A stretch of DNA of 64,000 bases from assembly GCA_041571435.1 (NCBI GenBank), contig JBFFUI010000001.1, positions 64,001 to 128,000 of the forward strand. The letters run 5' to 3'. The first letter of the stretch is position 1. Each line of letters opens with the position of its first letter. The DNA is from Sulfurimonadaceae bacterium (GTDB taxonomy: Bacteria > Campylobacterota > Campylobacteria > Campylobacterales > Sulfurimonadaceae). Made by a program: the position numbers and the translations under genes. The notes under the pieces were generated by a model. It was not told the origin of the DNA, ran no database searches, and worked only from the letters and a program-made list of their open reading frames with translations. Positions 17,683 through 27,330 of the stretch are shown in pieces.

Positions 17683-19202
17683 TGCTCTCTGCTGAGCTCT
17701 ATCATGACCTGAACCTCGAAGCAACAGAGGTCGAAGAGATACCGACGGAGCTACTGGTCAAAAACTATCTTCTGCTCACCCATATCGATGACGCAATCGT
17801 CGCTGCCACTTCCCAAGAGTATATTGTCGAAGCGAGCAACTTCTATAATAAGCTCTCAGAGAAATACCCTTTCGTCATTCTAAACGAAGAGTCTTTCGAA
17901 CGTCTTTACAACCGTTATCTGGAGCTTCGTACCGACAAGCAGATCGAGACGATGCAAGAGGAGGGCGAAAAGTCAGAAGGCGAAGATGACGAACTCTCAT
18001 TGACGGAGTTTTTGCGGACCTCATCGGATATTCTTACCTCCGAAGAGTCCGCACCTATCATCAAGTTCGTCAATGCCCTCTTCTATCAGGCCGTAAAGCG
18101 AAAGGCCTCGGATATTCACATCGAGGTACATGAAAAACGGGGCGAGGTCCGTTTTCGTGTTGACGGCATATTGACCAAAAATGTCGACCTTGAGAAAAAA
18201 GTAATCGCACTTATTATCAGCCGTATCAAGGTCATCTCCAACCTCGATATCTCGGAAAATCGCATCCCTCAGGATGGCCGTACCCAGATCAAGATCGCCG
18301 GTGAGACCCTTGACATCCGTGTCTCCATTCTGCCGACATTCTATGGCGAACGCGTGGTCATGCGTCTGCTTATGCAGAGCGGCTCCGTTCCGCACATCAA
18401 CCAGCTCGGCTTCCCGGAAGAGACCATTCACGACATGAAGACCCTGCTTCGAAGTTCGCACGGCATCATCCTTGTTACCGGTCCGACCGGATCGGGAAAG
18501 ACAACGTCGCTTCATGCCTTTTTGAAAGAGGTCGAAACGCCTGAACTTAACCTTATCACGGTTGAAGACCCGGTCGAGTACAAATCCGAGACGATCTCCC
18601 AGATCCAGGTCAATGAAAAAGTAGGCCTTACCTTCGCCGCTTCACTGCGTTCAATCCTGCGCCAGGATCCCGATATCATCATGATCGGTGAGATCCGTGA
18701 TGAAGAGACCGCCCATATTGCCGTACGCGCAGCCCTTACCGGGCACCTTGTCTTCTCGACGCTGCATACAAACTCTGCCGCAGCGACCATCTCCCGTCTT
18801 GCGGATATGGGGATTGAGCCCTTCCTCATCTCCTCTTCCATTTTAGGGATCATGGCCCAGCGGCTTGTTCGCCGTATCTGCGATGAGTGCAAGACAGAAG
18901 ACACGCTTGCAGAAGACTTTGCCCTTGAGTATCAACTTGACCCCAATGCGACGATTTACAAAGCCGTTGGATGCAAAAAATGTAACTACAGCGGCTTCAG
19001 CGGCCGTCAGTCGATCGGTGAGCTTTTAATCATGGACGACATGATCAAAGACCTACTTAAAGAGACAACCGATGAGCACACCATCTCAAAAGCGTTGGAG
19101 AAAGAGCACCTTGTCACTATTGCTATGCAGCTTAAAGCGATGCTTCTAAGAGGTGAGACCTCATTGGATGAGGCGATACGCATCGGTTTGGCACATGCCT
19201 AA
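17682..19202 (+). CDS. gspE: T2SS ATPase
   Basis: ASDIH, PQDGR, GPTGSGKTT, EDPVE, LRQDPD, TGHLVFSTLH, two CxxC. Confidence 0.95.
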   Translation: MLSAELYHDLNLEATEVEEIPTELLVKNYLLLTHIDDAIVAATSQEYIVEASNFYNKLSEKYPFVILNEESFERLYNRYLELRTDKQIETMQEEGEKSEGEDDELSLTEFLRTSSDILTSEESAPIIKFVNALFYQAVKRKASDIHIEVHEKRGEVRFRVDGILTKNVDLEKKVIALIISRIKVISNLDISENRIPQDGRTQIKIAGETLDIRVSILPTFYGERVVMRLLMQSGSVPHINQLGFPEETIHDMKTLLRSSHGIILVTGPTGSGKTTSLHAFLKEVETPELNLITVEDPVEYKSETISQIQVNEKVGLTFAASLRSILRQDPDIIMIGEIRDEETAHIAVRAALTGHLVFSTLHTNSAAATISRLADMGIEPFLISSSILGIMAQRLVRRICDECKTEDTLAEDFALEYQLDPNATIYKAVGCKKCNYSGFSGRQSIGELLIMDDMIKDLLKETTDEHTISKALEKEHLVTIAMQLKAMLLRGETSLDEAIRIGLAHA

Positions 19203-19671
19203 AAGATCCTGCGGCTTCACCCTCATAGAGGTCCTTGTCGCCGTCATGATCATCGCCGTTGTCATCGGCGCGCTGCTCCAACTTTTTTCCACTAACGCCC
19301 AAGCCTTTTCATCCGTTCATCAAAAGATCCTACAGGCTAACAGAACCACGCTCTTATTGGGCAACCCTGTCTATGGCTACGAAGAGAAAAAAGTTGACCT
19401 TGCCGAGTTGGTCAAGGATTTCAATATCGATGATGACCTTCGGCGTCAGCTCAAACGCAAGAAAGTGCAGATCCTCTACACTGAGGTGACCAGTATCGAC
19501 TTTGGAGAAGCTGCGGCAGCCATATCCGAGGCCGAAACAACCGACACCGAAAATGTAGACAAAGGTGCAATCTCCGAAACAGCCGAAGCGGCAAATGCAC
19601 TTGAAGTCGGGCGGACAACCTTGAAGATCGATGACCAAAGCAGCTCATTTTTACGGGTACGGCTCCAATGA
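19195..19671 (+). CDS. Minor pseudopilin (GspI-like)
   Basis: Start reassigned to ATG 19195 overlapping the gspE end: MPKRSCGFTLIEVLVAVMII. Confidence 0.75.
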   Translation: MPKRSCGFTLIEVLVAVMIIAVVIGALLQLFSTNAQAFSSVHQKILQANRTTLLLGNPVYGYEEKKVDLAELVKDFNIDDDLRRQLKRKKVQILYTEVTSIDFGEAAAAISEAETTDTENVDKGAISETAEAANALEVGRTTLKIDDQSSSFLRVRLQ

Positions 19672-20168
19672 GACGCCACGCATTTACCCTCATAGAGATG
19701 ATGATCGCCATCACCCTCTTCTCCGTCATCATGATATTTCTCTATCAATCTATGGCCAGACTCGACAGATCCAACCAGTTTTACAGTGAAAAACTACATG
19801 GCATTGTAACAGAGCAATCCCTGTTTAAAACACTCTACCTTGATCTATCTCTCTCATTGCCCAACAGTGGTGTCATCGACAATATCAACCGAGATGAAGA
19901 TATGATCTTTATGCAGACATCCCATGTAGTTCACACCCATGTCATGCCTTATGTTGTCTATTTTGTGAAAGAGAAGCACCTCTACCGTGTCGAATCAGCC
20001 GCGAAACTGAGCTACCCTTTCGAGAGCAATATCAATGCCCTGATCGATGATTTCGGCCCGATAAAAAAGTTCCGTATTTACAAAAACAGTACACACTTCC
20101 TTCTCCATATCAATATCGATGGCAAAGAAGACACCCTGCTAAAGATCAGACATCTAGGCGCTGTCTAA
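19668..20168 (+). CDS. Minor pseudopilin (GspJ-like)
   Basis: RHAFTLIEMMIAITLFS prepilin motif. Confidence 0.75.
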   Translation: MRRHAFTLIEMMIAITLFSVIMIFLYQSMARLDRSNQFYSEKLHGIVTEQSLFKTLYLDLSLSLPNSGVIDNINRDEDMIFMQTSHVVHTHVMPYVVYFVKEKHLYRVESAAKLSYPFESNINALIDDFGPIKKFRIYKNSTHFLLHINIDGKEDTLLKIRHLGAV

Positions 20169-20276
20169 AAAGTCTGGTTATACAGAAATATCTATGCGCA
20201 ATATGATGCGTAATAGTCTTTCAGAGCATTATAATAAAGTTAGTTTTGGAAAAGTGTTGGAAGAAAGATGTATGAA

Positions 20277-20295
20277 TCAAGGCCAAAGGCCTTGA
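20277..20295 (-). terminator. Hairpin after rplT
   Basis: tcaaggcc-aaa-ggccttga perfect inverted repeat 8 nt past the rplT stop. Confidence 0.6.
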
Positions 20296-20303
20296 ATTTA
20301 AAA

Positions 20304-20657
20304 TTAGAGTGCAGCTTTTGCCTGTGCTACTACAGCAGAGAATGCAGCTGCATCGTTCATTGCCATGTCAGCAAGGATCTTACGATCTAGTTCGATGTTC
20401 GCTTTTTTAAGTCCGTTGATGAAACGAGAATAGTTGATGTCATTTAGACGACATGCAGCATTGATACGGATGATCCATAGTTTACGGAACTCACGCTTTT
20501 TCTGTTTACGGTCACGGAATGCATAATACATACTGTGTTCTAGTTGTTCTTTCGCTTTACGGAAGTGCTTGTGACGACCCTGGAAGAAACCTCTAGCTAG
20601 TTTTAATACTTTTTTATGACGACGACGTCTTACGACACCTGTTTTTACTCTTGGCAT
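20304..20657 (-). CDS. rplT: 50S ribosomal protein L20
   Basis: [38 protein letters not shown]. Confidence 0.98.
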   Translation of the reverse strand: MPRVKTGVVRRRRHKKVLKLARGFFQGRHKHFRKAKEQLEHSMYYAFRDRKQKKREFRKLWIIRINAACRLNDINYSRFINGLKKANIELDRKILADMAMNDAAAFSAVVAQAKAAL

Positions 20658-20759
20658 ATTTTGTCCTTTTCTTTACTCTATGACCTTTTTCGATCTATAG
20701 GTGCCACATAGTTGGTGGACTTGCCCAGTTTGAACTGGAGAATATTGTGAAATGAAAGC

Positions 20760-20951
20760 TTACGCGATCATCGCTTTGATGTTTTTAGCATCAACGGCTG
20801 CAACTGTTTTAGGCGTGTTTTGTTGACGACGCGTTGCTGCATCTTGCTTAGTCAAGATATGGCTACGAAACGCTGTTCCACGTTTGATAGAGCCATTTTT
20901 TTTCACTTTAAAACGCTTTACAGCGCCTTTAACTGATTTCATCTTAGGCAT
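20760..20951 (-). CDS. rpmI: 50S ribosomal protein L35
   Basis: MPKMKS..GAVKRFK, HILTK. Confidence 0.97.
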   Translation of the reverse strand: MPKMKSVKGAVKRFKVKKNGSIKRGTAFRSHILTKQDAATRRQQNTPKTVAAVDAKNIKAMIA

Positions 20952-21005
20952 AGTGACTCCTCTCTAATTTTACTATTTTACGTCATTGCGCAAAATAAGT
21001 TCGTG

Positions 21006-21011
21006 ATTATA
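21006..21011 (-). promoter_or_regulatory. sigma70 -10 box for rpmI-rplT
   Basis: TATAAT on the minus strand about 55 nt upstream of rpmI, preceded by an AT-rich tract. Confidence 0.6.
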
Positions 21012-21145
21012 GCGAAATATCTATTAAAATTCACATGCACATGCTAAAGAGTGCGTAGATTATCCAGAGCCGCTCCCATGCCGATACAGTAAAATTGCCT
21101 ATATTTTCACACTATCTGGACACTTTATTTCGCTATACTTTTTAG

Positions 21146-21508
21146 ATGTCAGAAACAGATTTAGCATTTATGATCTTACAAGCAGAAGAAGAGTTTTGCT
21201 ATTTAGAAGCGCAATGTCTTAAAACAAAGAGAGATGAGTACGATTACAAGCTGCACGCACTCGCACTTATCACACTCTACAACTTTGCGCTCAATCTCAA
21301 ACTTTCCGGTGGAGAACTGATGCGGCTGCTATATGAACTTGATCACAAGAGCCGTCTCTACCAACACCTCATCGCCCCCTATCTGCTGCTGCTGGATGAC
21401 ATGGAGCTGGTATGCAAACAGTACGGCCATAAATATTTAAGGTTTCTATCTGAAAAATCACAGCTAAAGAGCGACGAAGAGATCATGGAGATATTGTTCA
21501 CAAATTAA
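21146..21508 (+). CDS. Hypothetical helical protein between infC and rpmI
   Basis: 120-aa ORF; TATACT box at 21134-21139 only 6 nt before the ATG (possibly leaderless). Confidence 0.6.
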   Translation: MSETDLAFMILQAEEEFCYLEAQCLKTKRDEYDYKLHALALITLYNFALNLKLSGGELMRLLYELDHKSRLYQHLIAPYLLLLDDMELVCKQYGHKYLRFLSEKSQLKSDEEIMEILFTN

Positions 21509-21691
21509 GTGTTAAGTGGGGATTGCACTGAAGTGATTCCGATGGATAGTTCCTGTTAAAAAACGAAGCTGGAGCTTTGTTTGAACGAGTATAGCAACAT
21601 AAATAAAAGCCGTCAGAGTCTACATTACGTCGAGAGGGTAAGGCAAGCACGAGCTTCGCCGATACCTGCGGGGAAGACCCCGGTGAAAACT

Positions 21692-22225
21692 TTACTTTTT
21701 CTTTTCGTCTTTTTTCGGGATTACCAGCATATTGTAGTAACGCCCTTCAAAACGTGGCGGCTTGTCCATTACACCGATATCTTCGACCATTGGCCAGACA
21801 CGTAGAAGAACTTCTTTACCTGCTTCCGGGTGTGCCATCTCGCGACCGCGTAGGAAAACACGGAACTTGACCAATTTTCCTGCTTCCAAAAACTCGCGGG
21901 CATGCTTGACTTTGTAGTTGATATCGTTATCGGCAATCTTGACAGAGAGCTTGATCTCTTTGATCTCGATCTTGACCTGATTTTTACGCTGCTCTTTTTT
22001 CTTCTTCTCTTCTTGGTACTTGAACTTACCGTAATCCATAATTTTTGCGACTGGCGGCTTTGCGTCCGGAGCGATCAGAACCAGGTCTAGGCCCATTTCG
22101 TCAGCTTTTTCCATTGCTTCACTTGTCGGGATAATCCCCAGTGACTCACCGCCATCGACGTTACAACGAACCTCCGCTACGCGGATGTCTTCGTTCATTA
22201 TGGTGTTGTCTTTTTTTCGGTTCAA
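21692..22225 (-). CDS. infC: Translation initiation factor IF-3
   Basis: [33 protein letters not shown] start overlapping the thrS stop. Confidence 0.97.
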   Translation of the reverse strand: MNRKKDNTIMNEDIRVAEVRCNVDGGESLGIIPTSEAMEKADEMGLDLVLIAPDAKPPVAKIMDYGKFKYQEEKKKKEQRKNQVKIEIKEIKLSVKIADNDINYKVKHAREFLEAGKLVKFRVFLRGREMAHPEAGKEVLLRVWPMVEDIGVMDKPPRFEGRYYNMLVIPKKDEKKK

Positions 22226-24030
22226 AAATTTACCTCATTGATTTTTTGTTGAATCATCGTCAAGAACTCTGCTTCACTAAGATTATATTGTTCACGACTG
22301 CGTCTATCGCGTATTGCAATCGTCTTGTTCTCAACCTCATCGTCACCCAGGACAATGATCATCGGAACACGCCCTTTTTCGGCAGTTCTGATACGTTTGT
22401 TCAGGCTCTCGTTTTTCGAGAAGATCTCGCTGTCAGCACCTAGATCGATCAGTTTGTCTGCCAATTCCTTGGCATATGCATTGTGTGGTTCAGCGATCGG
22501 GACGATGGCGACTTGCGTCGGCGCAACGAACATCGGGAACTCACCAGCATAATGTTCTGTCAATATACCAATAAATCGTTCAAAAGAACCTAAAATGGCT
22601 CGGTGAATCATAACCGGCTGTATTTTATTGTTCTCATCGCCGCTGTACTCAAGCTCGAAACGCTCCGGCAGGTTGAAGTCCAATTGGATCGTTCCACACT
22701 GCCATTCACGGCCGATTGCATCGGTGATCTTGATATCGATCTTCGGCCCGTAGAAGGCACCGCCGCCCTCATCGATCTCATAAACGAGATTGTTTTTATC
22801 CATCGCTGTTTTCAGCGCATTGGTCGAAATCTCCCATACTTCATCATCACCCACCGCTTTTTCAGGCTTCGTTGAGATCATCATCTTATAGTCAAAGTTG
22901 AACGTTGTCATGATACGGTCGACAAAATCGACGACTTCAATGATCTGCTCTTCGATCTGATCTGCGGTACAGAAGATGTGGGCATCATCCTGCGTGAACT
23001 CACGAACACGGAAAAGGCCGTGTAGTGCCCCTGTCATCTCATGACGGTGGACAACACCGTACTCAAAGTATTTGAGCGGCAGGTCACGGTAAGAGTGCGG
23101 CTCATCTTCGTACGCTTTGATATGTCCGACGCAGTTCATCGGCTTAACACCAAACTCCGCATCATCGATCTGCGTAAAGTACATGTTCTCGCCGTAGTTC
23201 TGGTAGTGCCCCGATGTCATCCAAAGGTCAGAACGCAGCATCTCCGGACCGCGTACCGGCTCGTAACCGCGTTTTCGGTGTGCTTTAAAGAGCAGTGACT
23301 CCAAACGGGCACGAAGGCGTCCGCCCGCCGGAAGCCAGATCGGGAAACCGGCACCGACCTCTTCACGAAAAGTGAACAGTTTCATCTGGGCACCGATCTT
23401 ACGGTGGTCGCGTTTTTCGGCTTCTGCCAGCATCGTCATATGATTTGACAGGGACTCTTTATCGGCAAAGGCAATCCCGTAGATGCGTGTCAACATCTCG
23501 TTTTTCGAGTCACCGCCCAGATAGGCCCCTGCGATCTTCAGCAGTTTAAAGTAGCGGATCTGACCGATGTTCGGTAGGTGCGGGCCGCGGCAGAGATCTT
23601 CAAACTCACCCTGCTTGTAGATGGAGACCGTATCGCCGGGGATGCGCTTCATCACCTCAAGCTTGAGATGGTCATCGGCAAACTTCGCTTTGGCCTCATC
23701 CATGCTGATCTCATAACGCTCGATCGGGAACTTCTTCTTTGCAAAACCCAACATCGCTTTTTCAATCTTTTTGAGATCACCTTCGCCGACCTCTTCCTTG
23801 GTCTTGAAGTCATAATAGAACCCTTCTTTGACGACCGGTCCGACGTAGAACTCTGCGTCAGGATACAGCGACTTGATGGCCTGTGCCATCAGGTGGGCCG
23901 TTGAGTGTCGAAGCACTTCAAGTGCTTCCGGAGAGTTGTCAAGCTCGATCTCTTCTCCGGTAATACCGTTTGCTTCAGCTGTCAGAAGGTCAACAACCTC
24001 ATCATTGTGTTTAATCGCAATTGCGCTCAT
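22222..24030 (-). CDS. thrS: Threonine-tRNA ligase
   Basis: [40 protein letters not shown]; start placed at ATG 24030 after the GAGGA RBS. Confidence 0.98.
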   Translation of the reverse strand: MSAIAIKHNDEVVDLLTAEANGITGEEIELDNSPEALEVLRHSTAHLMAQAIKSLYPDAEFYVGPVVKEGFYYDFKTKEEVGEGDLKKIEKAMLGFAKKKFPIERYEISMDEAKAKFADDHLKLEVMKRIPGDTVSIYKQGEFEDLCRGPHLPNIGQIRYFKLLKIAGAYLGGDSKNEMLTRIYGIAFADKESLSNHMTMLAEAEKRDHRKIGAQMKLFTFREEVGAGFPIWLPAGGRLRARLESLLFKAHRKRGYEPVRGPEMLRSDLWMTSGHYQNYGENMYFTQIDDAEFGVKPMNCVGHIKAYEDEPHSYRDLPLKYFEYGVVHRHEMTGALHGLFRVREFTQDDAHIFCTADQIEEQIIEVVDFVDRIMTTFNFDYKMMISTKPEKAVGDDEVWEISTNALKTAMDKNNLVYEIDEGGGAFYGPKIDIKITDAIGREWQCGTIQLDFNLPERFELEYSGDENNKIQPVMIHRAILGSFERFIGILTEHYAGEFPMFVAPTQVAIVPIAEPHNAYAKELADKLIDLGADSEIFSKNESLNKRIRTAEKGRVPMIIVLGDDEVENKTIAIRDRRSREQYNLSEAEFLTMIQQKINEVNF

Positions 24031-24040
24031 ACATACATCC

Positions 24041-24086
24041 TCTTTCAAAGTGCCCACCACGACAATAGGCAGAACACATTTGAAGA
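24041..24086 (-). promoter_or_regulatory. thrS leader hairpin with CGU in the loop (candidate translational operator)
   Basis: Minus strand UCUUCAAA..UGCCUAUU-GUCGU-GGUGGGCA-CUUUGAAAGA directly abutting the SD. Confidence 0.5.
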
Positions 24087-24258
24087 TATTAAATTTGCGT
24101 GATTTTAACTAAAAGTCCCCTTGTTTAGAGTAAAAGAAGATCGATGGGGGCTTTTTCACCAGTATAGTCTCAGTTTGGCTCTCTTCGCAATAACATTTTT
24201 CGATTATATAAGTTATCTGTCCGATAAAACTGTTTTTAATTCTTATACGTTAGAATAA

Positions 24259-24278
24259 TCTTATATCAATGTATAAGA
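24259..24278. promoter_or_regulatory. Palindromic operator candidate upstream of sqr
   Basis: TCTTATA-N6-TATAAGA, plus an extra TCTTATA half-site at 24241-24247. Confidence 0.45.
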
Positions 24279-24317
24279 ACTATATTTACGTTTTTATCAT
24301 CTAAAAGGGTCCCCGTT

Positions 24318-25763
24318 ATGAATACAAATGATCTCAAAGAGCTGCTCAAAAAGAGCAGCAGTTCTGAAATGCTTTCACGCCGTGACGCCCTTAAACTTAT
24401 GGGTATCTCTCCGATTGCAGCCGGGGTACTAGCGTCAACATCGTCAAGTTCGATCGCTTCGGCCGAGACAGTGGATGCCAAAGGCAAGATCGTTATTGTC
24501 GGTGGCGGTGCCGGCGGCATCATGGCACTCGCGCGTCTTCGCTCTAGCCTCGAGAACCCGGACATCACTATCATCGCACCCAATGCGATGCATATCTATC
24601 AGCCCGGACAGGTCTTCCAGGCGGCCGGGCTCTATCTACATGACGATTTGATCAAACCAAACAGTGATTTCATTCCTGATGATGTCAAATGGATCAAGGA
24701 TGAAGTGGCCACTTTCGATCCGGATAACAACACATTGTTGACGCGAAGCGGCGAAAAAGTCACCTATGATTACCTGGTCGTTGCAGCGGGCATTGATTAC
24801 CATTATGAGTGGATCAAAGGCTTAAAAGAGGAAGATATCGGTACAAATGGCATCTCCAGCGTTTATCTTAACAACATGGAAAAGGGAACAACTGACGGCG
24901 GTTCCATTACGTGGGACTGGTTCAATGCGCTCAAGCTGGCTTCTGCCACAGGCCAGAAACCGCATGTCATCTACACCCAGCCCGACACCCCTATCAAATG
25001 CGGCGGTGCACCGCAAAAGTTGCTCTACCTCTCTGCGGATCATCTGAAAAAAGAGGGGCTCTCTGCCGATTATACCTTTGCGACGGCCGTTAGCAGTCTC
25101 TTTGGCCAGAAACCGATTGCCGATTCGCTGGCCGAAGTTCAAAAGCGCTACGACACCATCACCAACAAGTTCAAACACAACCTTATCGCCATCGATATTC
25201 ATAAGAAGATCGCCACTTTTGAACATCGTTATGAGATCAAAGGCGAGTACGACGAAGATCTTGAAGCGTACGATACGATTGAAAAACGTGAACTGGTCGA
25301 GATGGAGTATGACTTTATTCACATCGTCCCGCCGATGAGTGCAGCCCAGTCGGTTGTCGATTCGCCGCTCGGCTGGCAGAAAGGAACGGCAAAAGGGTGG
25401 CTCGAAGTCGACAAAGAGACCCTTCAGCACCGCCGATACAAAAATGTCTTCGGTATCGGTGACGTCTGCGGCATTCCTATGGGTAAAACAGGCGGAAGCG
25501 CCCGTCACCACGCCCCTGTTGTGGTAGAAAACCTCATTTCAGTCATGCAGGGAAAAGCGGTCAAAGCAAAATTTGACGGCTACACCGTCTGCCCGCTGAA
25601 GGTGAGCTACGGTGAGATCATCATGGCCGAGTTCAACTATGACGGACTGGCTCCAAGTTTCTCATTTTTGGCGCCGGAAAAACCACGATGGATCTGGTGG
25701 GCCTTTGACCTCTATATGCTTAAACCGATGTATTGGTATTTGATGATGCGTGGATTGATGTAA
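24318..25763 (+). CDS. sqr: Sulfide:quinone oxidoreductase-family flavoprotein with twin-arginine signal
   Basis: SRRDALK Tat motif; GGGAGG FAD site; YQPG; IKCGGAPQK and DGYTVCPL cysteine motifs (type II/SqrB-like). Confidence 0.82.
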   Translation: MNTNDLKELLKKSSSSEMLSRRDALKLMGISPIAAGVLASTSSSSIASAETVDAKGKIVIVGGGAGGIMALARLRSSLENPDITIIAPNAMHIYQPGQVFQAAGLYLHDDLIKPNSDFIPDDVKWIKDEVATFDPDNNTLLTRSGEKVTYDYLVVAAGIDYHYEWIKGLKEEDIGTNGISSVYLNNMEKGTTDGGSITWDWFNALKLASATGQKPHVIYTQPDTPIKCGGAPQKLLYLSADHLKKEGLSADYTFATAVSSLFGQKPIADSLAEVQKRYDTITNKFKHNLIAIDIHKKIATFEHRYEIKGEYDEDLEAYDTIEKRELVEMEYDFIHIVPPMSAAQSVVDSPLGWQKGTAKGWLEVDKETLQHRRYKNVFGIGDVCGIPMGKTGGSARHHAPVVVENLISVMQGKAVKAKFDGYTVCPLKVSYGEIIMAEFNYDGLAPSFSFLAPEKPRWIWWAFDLYMLKPMYWYLMMRGLM

Positions 25764-25880
25764 AAGAGAGCGAAAGCTCATCTTACAGTGTTTTTGAGAT
25801 GTATAAAATTTCAGATTTGATCTAGAAGAGCCGACAGCTCGCCGAGCGGTGGCTCCGGTGCAAGTCCGAAGCCGGTACTT

Positions 25881-26954
25881 TTAAGAGAGTCCGGCGGCTT
25901 CCATGCTCTTGACCTGAGCATCTGTGATGAGTGGATCAACCACCTCATCCAGCAGACCGCCCTGCATAATCTCATTAAGACGGTACAGTGTCAAATTGAT
26001 ACGGTGGTCAGAGATGCGGTTTTGCGGGTAGTTGTAGGTACGGATACGTCCACTGCGGTCGCCCGTTCCAACCTGCTCACTTCGCACTTCGCTGTCTTTT
26101 TTCTGTGCTTCCTGCAGCTCAAGATCGTAAAGACGCGCTTTGAGAACTTTCATCGCTTTGTCTTTATTTTTGTGCTGAGACTTCTGATCCTGGTTGGTTA
26201 CGACCAGACCTGTCGGCAGGTGCGTGATCCGTACAGCGGAATCCGTCGTGTTGACAGACTGCCCGCCATTACCCGAAGCACGCATGACGTCGATCTTAAG
26301 ATCAGTAGGATCGATCTGGATCTCGACATCATCGACCTCCGGCATCACGGCTACCGTGATCGCAGACGTGTGCACACGTCCCTGAGACTCTGTCGCCGGA
26401 ACACGCTGAACACGGTGTGTCCCGCCCTCATATTTCAGACGGCTGTAGACCTGCTCACCTTTGATAAGCGCGATCAGCTCTTTATAGCCGCCGGCATCTG
26501 ACGGGCTGGTGCTCATCAATTCGATCTTCCACCCTTTTATATCCGCATAGCGGGTATAGGCGTTGAAAAGATCGCCGACAAAGATCGCCGCTTCGTCCCC
26601 GCCCGTACCGGCACGAAGTTCCACGATGATATTGCGCTCATCATTAGGGTCTTTAGGGATAAGGAGTTTTTTGATCTCATCTTCAATAACCGGGACCTGC
26701 GGTTCAAGCTCACGGAGCTCTTCTTTGGCCAGTTCGCCAAGTTCGGCATCGGAAAGCATTGATTTGTTGTCTTCGATATCGGAAAGGAGTGCTTTGTACT
26801 CTTTTGTCTTCTCGACAATGGCAAGCATGCCCGACTGTTCTTTTGAAAGCTCAGTCATACGCTTGATATCGGATGCTACGTCCGGTGAGCTGAGAAGCTC
26901 TGTCAGTTCATCGTAGCGTTCGAGAAAAGGGGTTAGTTTATCGGCTAACTTCAA
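25881..26954 (-). CDS. prfA: Peptide chain release factor 1
   Basis: GTGGDEA, PAT (PxT) motif, GGQ, RTYNYPQ. Confidence 0.97.
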   Translation of the reverse strand: MKLADKLTPFLERYDELTELLSSPDVASDIKRMTELSKEQSGMLAIVEKTKEYKALLSDIEDNKSMLSDAELGELAKEELRELEPQVPVIEDEIKKLLIPKDPNDERNIIVELRAGTGGDEAAIFVGDLFNAYTRYADIKGWKIELMSTSPSDAGGYKELIALIKGEQVYSRLKYEGGTHRVQRVPATESQGRVHTSAITVAVMPEVDDVEIQIDPTDLKIDVMRASGNGGQSVNTTDSAVRITHLPTGLVVTNQDQKSQHKNKDKAMKVLKARLYDLELQEAQKKDSEVRSEQVGTGDRSGRIRTYNYPQNRISDHRINLTLYRLNEIMQGGLLDEVVDPLITDAQVKSMEAAGLS

Positions 26955-26969
26955 GGGTGTTACTTACCC

Positions 26970-27230
26970 TTAGATAGCGTTAACAGCTTGCTGAAGGCGG
27001 CTTACTTTACGAGCAGCAGTCTCTTTTTTCAAGATACCTTTGCTTACAAATTTATGGATCTGCTGGTTAGCGATCTTAAATGCTGCAGTTGCCTCTTCTT
27101 TGTTGCCTGCTTCGATTGCAGCGCGAACTGCTTTAACAATGTTTTTTAAACGTGTGCGATAGAATCTGTTACGCTCAGTACGTTTTTCAGTCTGGCGGAT
27201 TCTTTTCAATGCTGACTTATGGTTTGCCAT
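26970..27230 (-). CDS. rpsT: 30S ribosomal protein S20
   Basis: [13 protein letters not shown]...[16 protein letters not shown]; true start ATG 27230 after AAGGA. Confidence 0.97.
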   Translation of the reverse strand: MANHKSALKRIRQTEKRTERNRFYRTRLKNIVKAVRAAIEAGNKEEATAAFKIANQQIHKFVSKGILKKETAARKVSRLQQAVNAI

Positions 27231-27330
27231 GTGCATTATCCTTATCATATAAAATTTGAGATAGAATGCTACCTTAAATATAATTAAAATCAAGTTAAGC
27301 AATATAGAGAATTTTAAACGGAGTGTATAA

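Noticed and set aside
22222-22225. Non-ATG (TTG) start of infC
   Set aside because: Non-canonical infC starts are a known autoregulatory feature, so not novel
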